This document shows, one piece after another, positions 24,721 to 34,921 of a DNA stretch of 39,830 bases. The stretch covers positions 1 through 39,830 of the forward strand of contig NW_025215037.1 in assembly GCF_004010195.1 (NCBI RefSeq), read 5' to 3'. This DNA is from Chiloscyllium plagiosum (lineage: Eukaryota). A program made the translations under genes and the position numbers. How positions within the stretch are numbered: the stretch's first letter is position 1; every line of letters begins with the position of its first letter. The notes beneath the pieces were generated by a model. That model saw only the letters and a program-made list of their open reading frames with translations, searched no databases and was not told the DNA's origin.

Positions 24721-27120
24721 TAGAAGCGTGCTGTGAGCAGATCCTCAGTATTTTCTTCAGGCAACAGCCTGTAGACACGCAACTGCTTTGCTGCCCATGC
24801 AACAGCTGGTGAACCTATGCCCAATCTATTCATGTCGTAACGGCTGTGTTTCCATCACCAGTCTGTGCTCCGAGTAACGGGCTATGACACTGTCCCCTTT
24901 CTTTACTCCGGCAACTTCCTGTGACTCTATCCCCATTCTGCTCTCTTACATCTGCGCTCTGCACTCTGCTCCACTCTTGTATTGTCAGAAATCGCCTGTG
25001 AACTCACACCCGCGCTGATCTGCTAACAACAGCCAGTGAGACCATCCTCAATCTGTTGTACGTGCAATGGCCCATCAACGGTCCGAAATCTGTTCACGAG
25101 CAATGGCCTGGAAACCCATCGTCAGACGTTTCTGCGAGCAGCAGCCTGTGAAACCATCTGCACTCTGTTTCCATACGACCTCTGTATCACTCCGTACACT
25201 GTTTCTATAATAATGGCCTGTGATCCCATTCTCTCTCTGTTCCCATGCCAACTGCCTCTTTTTCCCACCCTGGAAACTCTTCGCAAGTTGTTCTCCTCAC
25301 AACCACCTACTAACCTATGCTAACACTGTTTTTCGAGCAACGGCTCATGAATACATTCTCCCTTCCTTCTGCTAGTAGCGTGCTGTGAACCCAGACTGAC
25401 TCTTTTCCTTTTGTAATGGCCGGTAAACTCATTCTCACTCTGTTTTCCTCGCAGCGTCTTCTGAAACTTTCCCCAGTCTGTTCTGCTATCAACTGCCAAT
25501 GAACCCACTCCACTGTGTTCGCCAATCAACGGATTGTGACTCTATCCACACTCTGTTCTTATGGGAAACTACCTGTGGAACCATCCCCTCTCTGTTCTCC
25601 AAGGAAAAGCTTGCGAAACAATCCCTGCTCTGTTCCCCAGGCTTGTGACACCCAACCCCACTGTGTTTCCCGACCAGCAGCCTATGCAGATCATCGCCAT
25701 TTTCACAGTAACAGCCGGTGAACTCATCATCTCCTCTGTTCACAAAGCAATACCCTATTATCCGCATCTGCGCTGTGCTCGAAGTAGCAACGGCCGGTGG
25801 CACCATCCACACTCTGTTCTGCCTGCAACGGCCTGTGCATACACCCACACCTTAATCTCCTAGCAACTGCCTGTGAACCCGTTCCCATTCAGTTCGCCAA
25901 GAAATAGCCTGTGAATACATCCCCATTGTGTCCTCCGAGCAATGGCGTGGGCAACTATTCTCATTCTCTCCTCCCACCAAAAGCATGTGACCCCTCTCAA
26001 TCTCTGTTCATCTCCCAACTTCCTGTGAATTCCATCAGCACTGTTTTCCGAGCAACTGTCTGTGAACCCTTTCCACTGTATTGTCCTTGCACATACAGCT
26101 AAACCCATCACAAATCTGTTCCCCGAGCAACAGCCTGTGACCCCATCCCCATTCTATTAAACGAGCAAAGTCCATCCCCACTCTGATTTCCTACCAGTGA
26201 CCGTGAACCCATCCCCACTCAGTTCTCGTTGAAACTACCATTGAACCCGTCCAAACTCTCGAAAACAGCGTACCATCCATCTGTACTCTGTCCTCCTGGC
26301 AACGGCCTGTAAACCCATTCTCACTCTGTTCACTGAGCATTTGTCTGTGACCTTATCCTCACTCTCTTCTCCTGTAATAAACTTTGTTTCCATCCCCGCG
26401 CTGTTCTTGTTCGCAACTGCCTTTGAACCCATCCCCACAGTGTTTTCCTCGAAACGGCCTGAGTACCATCCACACTCGGTTCGAATTAGCAACATCTGTG
26501 ATACCATCCGCACCTGTTTCTCCTAGCAACTATCTGTGCACCCAACCCCATCCTGATCTCCTTGCACCTGACTGTCAACCCCTCTCCTTACAGTTTGCAA
26601 AGCAACAGCCTGTGAACGCATCGCCTTCCTGTTCTCCAAGAAAAAGTATGTGACTGCATCCACACGTTGTCCCCCAAGTACTGCAATTTGACCCCATCGT
26701 AACTCTGTCCTTTTGGCAGCAGAATGTGATCCTGTCCTCACTCTGTTACCCTCCCAACAGCCTGTGGATTCCATCACCTCTCTGGTGTCCTAAAAGCGGA
26801 CCGTTCATCCATCCTCAATCGGTTCTCGTCGCAGCAGCCTTCAATCCGCCCACACGCTGTTCTGCTACCAACAACCTTTACTTCATCCCTGCACTGTTCT
26901 CCAAGCAATCACCTGTGAATCCATCCCGACACAGTTACGCGAGAAAAGCCCTGTAAATCCATTCCTATCCTGTTGGTCAAGCAATGGCGAGTGACCCCAT
27001 CCCTCGTCTACTCTCCTAAAATCTCTCTGTGTTCCCATCACCACCCTGTTCTCCTCGTAATGGCCCATGAATCCATCCCCACTCTATTCTACAAAGAATC
27101 CCATGTGAACATATCGCTTT

Positions 27121-27356
27121 GAAAATTTGGGAGAAGATTTGTAGCTCGGGTGCTCGTTGTTGTGGTTCTGTTCGCCGAGCTGGGAATTTGTGTTGCAGAC
27201 GTTTCGGCCCCTGTCTAGGTGACATCCTCAGTGCTTGGGAGCCTCCTGTGAAGCGCTTCTGTGATGTTTCCTCCGGCATTTATAGTGAGGATGTCACCTA
27301 GAAGGGGACGAAATGTCTGCAACACAAATTCCCAGTCTGGCGAACAGAACCATAAC
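27121..27356. mobile_element. Penelope-derived fold-back insertion with a 13-bp TSD
   Basis: AACATATCGCTTT at 27108-27120 and 27357-27369. Inverted arms 27156-27230 and 27286-27359. Confidence 0.85.
27195..27234 (-). ncRNA. Minimal type-I hammerhead ribozyme motif
   Basis: Minus strand GCA-CUGAGGA-U-GUCACCUAGACAGGGGCC-GAA-ACGU-C-UGC: stem I GCA/UGC, intact core, one mismatch in stem II, palindromic ACGU, GUC triplet. Confidence 0.6.
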
Positions 27357-28314
27357 AACATATCGCTTTTTATTTAATCTTTGCAACAGCCTGAGAGCAC
27401 ATAGTTACAATGTTTCTTTTGCAACAGCCAGTGAGTTGATTTCCAATCCATTCCATTAACAACGACACGTGTGTTCATCACAACTCTATACTCCTGGCAA
27501 TGGCCTGCGGCCACGCCAACACTCTTTTCACCTGACAACGGCCTGTGAACGTATTCCCATGCTATTACCCCATAAATGGCCTATAAACGCACTCCCACTC
27601 TCTTCTAATCGTAATGCTCTGTGGCCATAACCCCGCGATATTCTCCTAGCAATAGCCTGTGACATCATCCCACTCTGTTTTCTGAGCAACAGCCTCTGCT
27701 CCTACCCCGACTCTGCTCTCTTGGCAATCTGGTGTGAGCCCATTCTGACTATGTTCCCCTTACAAAATCATGTGAACCCATCCACACTCTGTTCTCCTGT
27801 CAACGGCAGGTAAACACGGAAACATGGGAGGAAACCGAGTGTGCGGTAATCTGGGAGAGGTAAATTGCGAGTTAGAGAAAATGCAAAAGGGAGAGGCAGG
27901 GAGGTCAATGGTGCAGGGTGTAAAACACTAGAAGAGAAAGCAAGGACGGAGGGAATTAACCCAACTGCTGAGCTTTGCTCCGGTCGTCAACCCTTCCCTG
28001 AGATCCAGGAAATGGGGCTGTGTCTGTCTTTCTCCTGCTCAGACTTGTCAACACAAACAAAGACAACAATCGATTCAGTCTACCCCTTGATATTTTGAAT
28101 AAACTTTTTTACAGTTTTTAAATTGAAGTTACAGATGCATTCAGTCGGATAGTGCATTTTCTCACTGGCCATAAGTTGAGAAACATTAATATATGTTCCA
28201 GTTACCCCCGTTGCATAAGGTTAGATAAATCATCACTATCCTCAGTCTGTTATCATAGCGACAGACGACTTCATTGCTGAAAACGTGAATTAAAATGAGA
28301 ATATGCCGGATGGA

Positions 28315-29225
28315 TTAATTAAGGAGTAAATGTGATTGATTATTTATTTGGGTAAAGGGATATTTCAGCACATTCTTCAGCTGCTGTCTGAACTTAGTCT
28401 GAGTCACGGCATAAATCGCGGTGTTTGTGCAGCAACTGAGAAGCTGCAGCATGAATCCCAGTTCCCGAACGAAGATTTCTAGATGTACATGTGTATCCAC
28501 AATAAAGTACATACGATACCATATGGAATACACCATCAGCATTGACCATAACAGGATGAAATTGACCGAGATCATAAACAGGAAAATAATGGATTTTTTT
28601 CGATTTTGTATTTCAATGTCAGACTGAATGTCTACATTGTTGTGAGCCCGAAGTCTCCTGCGGTCTCTGCTGGTCAGTAAAATGTGTCTGGCAGTGAAAA
28701 CATTCAGCAGCAGAATCAGGAGAAAAGGGACAGCCGGAGTTAGAACGTAGTGGGTGAACTCAATTATGGCCCAGATCAGCGACAAGTAAACATAATATTT
28801 TACATAACAAAATCAGGGGCTGTTCACCACGTAATACTCGCTTGTGAGCATAAAATACCAGAAAATATTCTTAAGAATACTCAGCACAGTCACTGTTCCA
28901 ATAACCACAGCCGCCGTTTTCCCACTGCAATATTTCCTTTTCAACTTCTGGCAACAAATAGCCACAAATCGATCAAAGGTGAAAGTGACGGTGAACCAGA
29001 CAGAACAGTCAGTGGCTGCATAAAGCAGGACTGCATGGATATTACACACGGGGATGGAATAGCGGAATTCCAAATATTCCCGAAAAACAATGGGAATGTG
29101 TCTCAATATCAGGTCGATGATAATCACCAGTAGATCCGCCGCTGCCATGGCCCCCAGGTAGCGTCTGAAACATGGAGACAATCCACAATCTTTATAAAGC
29201 AGGACATGAATCGTTACTGCGTTAA
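28315..29225 (-). pseudogene. Large second coding exon of a GPR139/GPR142-like class-A GPCR, with one premature stop (TGA 28815-28813)
   Basis: Acceptor TTTCCCTTCCTCACAG|TT AAC at 29225. ORFs 28813-29244 and 28315-28785 share one frame joined by *FCYVKYYVY. Motifs: MAAADLLVII (TM2), CNIH..SVWFTVTFTFDRFVAIC (TM3, DRF), TPAVPFLLILLLN (TM5), FILLW (TM6), SCCTNTAIY (TM7), FRQQL (helix 8). 911 bp, no frameshift. No matching exon 1 found on minus within the window. Confidence 0.9.
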
Positions 29226-30617
29226 CTGTGAGGAAGGGAAACACACAAATTATCCATCAACCTGGACCAAAGTTACCAATTTCCTTTTAAAGACAGTTAG
29301 TATTTTCAAATGGTCGCTTAATTGAAGGAATTGGAGTTGAAATAACACATGGGAAGCTCTGAATTACTTGCGAGGATGTCAGGAAAGACAGATGGTAGAT
29401 TCCATCCTAAACAAGCAGGCACACATCCATAAGTACAGATGGTTTCTTGAACATTTCCACACACTCGATCACTGCAGAGCAGACACGGGTTACATCTTTC
29501 CAGTTCCTAATATTGAGGGCGAAAAAGTTGCTGTCCTGAAGCATTCTGTCCCAGTTCCTTAAAGACAAACTGTTATAAACGAGGCCAGGCCACTCACAAC
29601 ATTCTTAAGCAGGGAGGTCAGACTATAACTTTGCAAATTGTTTCAGTAAGTGTACACTAACGATTACCCAGAGTAAGTTAGAGATGTTAACTAACAAGTT
29701 CTAAAACAGACAAAAATGTATTCACAAAATTACACAACGAAACACAAGCAATAGAATAAAAAATTCCAACAAAACTCAGTTCATCCAACCTGAAATTAAT
29801 CATGCTGTTCCGAATATACACAAGAGTCCCAATTATTAAACCGCTTAATAACCCGCACAAATGGAACACATACTTAATTGTCTCACATGCATTACCGTTA
29901 ATCTATACAGTGAAATGTTGAAATGCAAACACCAGGCTTAAAGTCTCTTTCTCCAATTTTGAATATTGCTGTTGATGAGCGTTCAGCTTCCAAGAACAAA
30001 TAGACGATGGGTCTTTCTAATCTCTCGTCATCCTCCTACAGGTGCATCATACAGACACCCACATCGCTGGCATCGATAGACACCTTGAAAGGCTTCGTGG
30101 AGATTTGTATGAATAATACTGGGGCAGGGGCTAACAGTTTTGACGGCTTTCAAATGCCTTTTCACAGTCCGCTGTTCACTGAAAGGTCTTGCGCTTTTTT
30201 AACAATTCGTTAAGTGGAGCAGACACATGGCTACGTTTTGGCACCAACCTTTGGTAAAATCCAATCAATCGGAGGAACCACAGTACTCCATGGTCTAACT
30301 GCGTTAACTGTCTGCTCTCCACATGAGTTCGTACTACTTCAGGCAGTGAATTTTCGAATTCCTCCAAAATAATTACCTCTCCAAGGGCATCATTGGTTTG
30401 CACAATCTTTAAAGCTCTTCTCCGTCAATCGAAATGATTGTGTTTGATGCTTTCAAACTCAATATAAGTTAGACTCTTGTCTCTCCTTAGATTCCTAAAA
30501 CGTTGTCTACCGGCTCCTGGTGCAAGCTCATATGCACTTTAAATGCATTTTTTCACATCCTCAGACTCCGCAGGTATCTGCTGTGAAAGTGATACGAATA
30601 CTTCACAAGCCCTAAAT

Positions 30618-30832
30618 AGTTGAAAATCACACAGCACCAGGTTATAGTCCAACAGGTTTAATTGTAAGCACGCGAGCTTCGGAGCGATGCTCCTTCATCA
30701 GGTGACAATCACCTGATGAAGGAGCGTTGCTCCGAAAGCTAGTGTGCTTCCAAATAAACCTGTTGGACTATAACCTGGTGTTGTGTGATTTTTAACTTTG
30801 CACACCCCAGTCCAACATCGGCATCTCCGAAT
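30618..30832. mobile_element. Penelope-derived palindromic insertion with a 12-bp TSD
   Basis: CAAGCCCTAAAT at 30606-30617 and 30833-30844. Near-perfect palindrome ~30623-30792 centred on GGTGA-CAA-TCACC. Confidence 0.88.
30710..30744 (+). ncRNA. Minimal type-I hammerhead ribozyme motif, best preserved copy
   Basis: CAC-CUGAUGA-A-GGAGC-GUU-GCUCC-GAA-AGCU-A-GUG: stem I CAC/GUG, full core, 5-bp stem II, palindromic stem III AGCU, CUA triplet. Confidence 0.7.
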
Positions 30833-31022
30833 CAAGCCCTAAATGCAACGTGCGTTTGGATCAACAAAACACAATTTGCCACTTGCCACTGCATGTGTTT
30901 CGCCACCTTTGTAAATTAGATGAATAAGGCTTCCAGATCCTGTTCATGAAACTTTGGAAATGCTTGAATATAATTGAACAGTTTCTCACTGGGCATCTGA
31001 CTACGAAGGGCTTGCTCATCCT

Positions 31023-31172
31023 GAAGGGTCAGGTGAATTGGCCATACTAAATTGCCTGTAGTGTTAGGTAAGGGGTAATTGTAGGGGTATGGGTGGGTTT
31101 CGCTTCGGCGGGTCGGTGTGGACTTGTTGGGCCGAAGGGCCAGTTTCCACACTGTAAACTAATCTAAACTTT
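31023..31172 (+). mobile_element. 5'-truncated HE1-like SINE (3' half)
   Basis: GGTGAATTGGCCATACTAAATTGCC..GGGTCGGTGTGGACTTGTTGGGCCGAAGGGCCAGTTTCCACACTGTAAACTAATCTAAAC, a CR1-like 3' end with a short-repeat tail. Confidence 0.8.
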
Positions 31173-32984
31173 CGTTTGGATCAACAAAACACACTTTGGC
31201 ACTTGCCACTGCATGTGTTTTGCCACCTTTGCAAATGGGGTGAATAAGGTTTCCAGATCCTGTTCATCAAACTTAGGCAATGTTTGAATATATTTAAACA
31301 GTTTCTCACTGGGCCTCTGACTGCGACGGGCTTGCTCATCCTAACTCTCTTCCTCAATAGGCAGATCCTCATCCTTTATGTGGAGCCTTTTTGAGCTGGC
31401 TTTCCTTTTTAAGGCTCAGTTTCTGACCTTGAAAAGCTCACTCATTTTTCTTTCTCTCCTCTCTCATTTTCATTCTCTTCTGTTCCTCATCGGAACTACA
31501 ACTGTTTCATTTCTGCAATCAAGCCAACGCCCGGAACAAAGACACTAGCACATCCCATTTGCTGCGTAAAATAGCGCAAAGAGCTCCCAATCTGTTCTGG
31601 ACTAGGCCAGACCACTCAGAATTTTCGAAAACAAACAGCCTAGACAATAATTTTACAATTTGTTTCGATAAGTGTTCAGAGAAAGTTACCCAGAGTGAAT
31701 TAGCAAGACTGATTCCCAGGTTCCAAAGCAAACAAAAAGTTATTCACAAATTACACAATGTAGCACAAAGAACAGAATCAAGAATTATGACAGAACTCTA
31801 TCTACCCAATTATAGACTTAACTATGTTGTTCCGAAAATACACAACAGTCCCAATAAGCAAACTCCCTTGAACACCCGTATGAAACAATGCTGACAGGTT
31901 GAAGTCAGAATAGAGAGACAGTTGAACTCACGACGAATTCCGGATTGAACTGGACTGATCAGCTAGGGAGCTCACCACTCCCCTTTCTTTCTACAGGACA
32001 CTCTGAAACATGACCACTTTAGCCTGAATTGTCATCCGTTTACATATGATCAAAAATGCCTCTCAATACACTTTAATTCCTGTACAAAAGCAGGGTTATT
32101 GGAGTCCAGCCTGATTTTTTGCCACTCTGAAAAAAAGTCCTTGAGGCAACGAACAGCTTTTAAGAAAATAACAATGACTAGCATTCTGACAAAATGGAGT
32201 TTGGAAATTCAAATCATTCAGTCTACTTTGTGGTTGATTGTTGTACGGAAACGTAAACGCAGGGAAAATGTATTCACCGTTTTAACTGCCTGAGGGGACT
32301 TCGAACAAGTGATTTCTTCTCCCTGCAACGGAAGTTGGTCCCTTGAGACATTATCTTTTGTTCAATTATCTGACATCAGACCAGACAAAAATAATGTTTT
32401 TGTCGAATATTCTGGGTGATATATATTATACAACGTACTAAGGAATGTTCTAAACAGTTCTCAGGATATGGACACGGACACTTCACACGTTATGTGATAC
32501 ACGAAGTTGGGTAGAGACTTTTTCTTTGCAAAACACAAGGACATACAATTCAGGTGCATTCAGCATCCATTCTGCACTTTACACATGCTCAATCATTCAC
32601 GAAGATCGGGGCTGACCTGACTATGTTACAGGAATAGTCAGTCAAACCCTGAAATCCTGTCACCAATCACTCGAACCTCAGACATGTTTTTGACATCGGT
32701 TTTCATCAAGCATGTATTCTGGAGCCATTTCCACAATGACAGATTCTCCAAATACTCCATCAGATTGCACGACAAACAAAAAAAAAAAAACTCTCGTTGT
32801 ATAGGTATCCGGATTCAATCACAATTAAGAGATGCAGTTATTTCATTTGAAGCACTTTATTGCACTTAACCGATGACAACATCTACACTAATGTTCAATA
32901 TAAATTAAAATACAATAAGTGGTTCGCTGTGAAGATTATCAATCCTTTTGAAAAAAACACAGTTAAAGAGCCCAACTGAACCAC

Positions 32985-34345
32985 ATTGAAATTCGCACGG
33001 AAAGAAGACGATTTGGGAAGTGAACGTGACAGCAGAGGCATGGTGCATGAAAAAGGGACTCCATTTCATGGGCAAGTGGAACATTGGGATGGGCATCTCC
33101 TGAACCAGTCGGCAAGCAGCGTCGGAGTGGAAAGGCTAAATAAAGTGATCACAAGGACTGTAAACTTCTTGAAGAGAAGAGGGCTCAGGAGACGTTTCTG
33201 AAGTTCCCAAAACAAGCAAATGAAGAGAAAGTTTCAAGAAGTTCTGTCAACTCATTTCTGGCAAAACGGCTAAGGGATCTGCATGGGAAGGGAGATGGTT
33301 AATCACAGCACCGATGGTGTTACAGCCAAATACCAAAGTTAAACGAAACAAGTTAAATAGGTTTACAGCTCACATTTAGATTTTCAGGTTCAGTGCCTTG
33401 ATTAACGCAGAGACGTGGCTTCTATTGTATCAGCGTTAGAAACTAAACATCCAATAATTAATATCGAGTTGGAAAGACAGAAGGGCAGGGTAACATTGTT
33501 AGTAAAAGATCAAATGAAATCAATGCCAAGAAGAGATATATGGGCAGAAGGCATTGAATCCGTGTGGGCAGAAATGATGAACTTCAAAGGAAAGAAAAGT
33601 TTCTTGAAGGAGATGTGTACAGGTCTCCGAGAAGTAGTCGGGATAGGAGGCAAAAAACAATGTCTGGACAAAAAAAGGTATGTATGAAAGACACTGTTTC
33701 AATGATCATGGGGGACTTCAATATGCGAGTGGACTCGGAAATATCCGTTTGATAGTGGATACGATCAAAAAATAAATAATTTGTGGAATGAATGCAAGAC
33801 ATTTTTTGGACTTGTGGAAGAGTAAACCCATGAAGAGATAATTCTGCATTTGGTCATAAATAATGAGGCAGAATTGTTGAGGGAGCTGAAGGTGGAGGAC
33901 CCTCTTGTGGCATTGTACATAATAAGATCAATGACATCCTGCATTTTGAGAAGGAGAAGCTGGAATCAAGTTTAATACTACTATTGAAAGAAAGAACTCC
34001 AAAGAAATGACGAAGGATCTGATCAGAATTGATTGGAGGGAGAACTTAGCAAGGAAGATGTTAGATTCGTAAAATCTGATGTTGCAGGGGCCAATTCGGG
34101 AGGTACAACCGAAATTCATCACAAGTATTCAGATACATACTGAAGAGAGAGAGAGAAACGTAGTGGAAATTGACGAATGCAACAACCGCTCTTAATGGGG
34201 GGAAGGTGACGGAAGATGGAAAATTATAGATTCGTTCGGCTGGCCTCGTTCGGTGGTGAGATGTGAAGGACGAGATTGCAGAATACATAGACGTTGATCG
34301 TAAAGTAACAGTGAGTCTGTATAGATTTATAAAGCAAAGACATGC
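32985..34345 (+). mobile_element. Degenerate CR1 fragment: ORF1 esterase C-terminus and ORF2 APE endonuclease
   Basis: WCMKKGLHFMG..WDGHLLNQ (for DGLHLN), GRVTLLVK, IESVWAEM, VYRSP, IMGDFN. Confidence 0.75.
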
Positions 34346-34359
34346 CTGAAAATTCTGTT

Positions 34360-34810
34360 GTAATTCTGGTTGTTTTTTAATTCGCTGAGCTGCAGGGCTT
34401 GTCTCCATGGTTTCATCAAAATACTATTTCACATTATTAGTGCACCCCCGGGGAAACACTGACGGTGTGTCCCACTTTCCAGTTATGTGTCTTGATTTCT
34501 TATGGTGGATGATATGATTTCTGGTTCTTTTTCTCAAAGGATCTTACATGTAGTCCAAATTGCTATGTTTCTTGATGTCGTACTGGTTAGAATGTCAGGT
34601 CTCTAGGAATTCTCGTGTGTGGCTCTGTTTGGCTTGTCCGAGAATGGATGTGTTGCCCCTGTCAAAGTGTGTCCTTCTTCATTTGTATGTAAGGATATTT
34701 GTGATACCAGTCATGTGTTTCTGTTTTGGCTAGTTGATGTTGTAGCCATGTGGCTCGTTTCCCGCCCGATTGTCTGTTGTAGTGCTTGTTACAATCCTTG
34801 CATGCTGTTT
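34360..34810 (-). mobile_element. Penelope-like element 3' part: GIY-YIG endonuclease remnant and pseudo-LTR
   Basis: Minus strand CKDCNKHYNRQSG (for CKDC.KHYIGQTG), GHTFDRGNTSILGQAKQSHTREFLET*HS. A decayed hammerhead-like motif lies near 34405-34445. Confidence 0.75.
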
Positions 34811-34921
34811 TTTTTAAATGCTACCACAGTAAAATGTTACAAGGGACTTTATACATCATGTACGGGCATAAATTGGCACTCATCTCGACAAGGAAATAGA
34901 CAGAGAAAATGATGTGGTCTT

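Larger units (their letters stand above)
21974..27808. repeat. ~5.8-kb degenerate minisatellite, ~38-bp unit, roughly 140 copies
   Basis: Unit ~GCAACAGCCTGTGAACCCATCCCCACTCTGTTCTCCTA. GTGA anchors spaced 37-39 nt (e.g. 23833, 23871, 23908). Interrupted at 24592-24720 and 27121-27356. Confidence 0.92.
29571..32191 (-). mobile_element. Internally deleted Gmr1-like Gypsy element in the GPCR intron (5' LTR 32191-31593, partial 3' LTR 29571-~29880, LTR family B)
   Basis: TGTTCTGGACTAGGCCAGACCACTC (31593) matches TGTTATAAACGAGGCCAGGCCACTC (29571). LTR ends CTGACA at 32191. PBS-like TTGGGAGCTC on minus beside the 5' LTR. Gag motifs FIQAFPKFHEQDLEALF and ILEEFENSLPEVVRTHV, RT-RH linker GFYQRLVP..APLNELLKK, and IDASDVG. 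Flanks AAAC / AAAT. Confidence 0.8.

Noticed and set aside
21844..27068. Many 60-134 aa ORFs across the 38-bp array
   Set aside because: The period is not a multiple of 3, ORFs occur in all frames on both strands, and none has a domain signature.
21974..27808. CRISPR-like array (repeat length ~38 bp)
   Set aside because: Units are contiguous and degenerate with no unique spacers, there are no cas genes, and the context is vertebrate.
21974..27808. V(D)J recombination signal array (CACAG on the minus strand of each unit)
   Set aside because: The heptamer is incomplete (CACAGGC), I saw no nonamer at 12/23 spacing, and there are no Ig/TCR segments.
28813..28815. Selenocysteine or programmed readthrough at the GPCR TGA
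   Set aside because: Context TGA-TTT is not the TGA-CTAG readthrough motif, the ECL2 Cys is present two codons later, and I saw no SECIS. A nonsense change from Trp is simpler.
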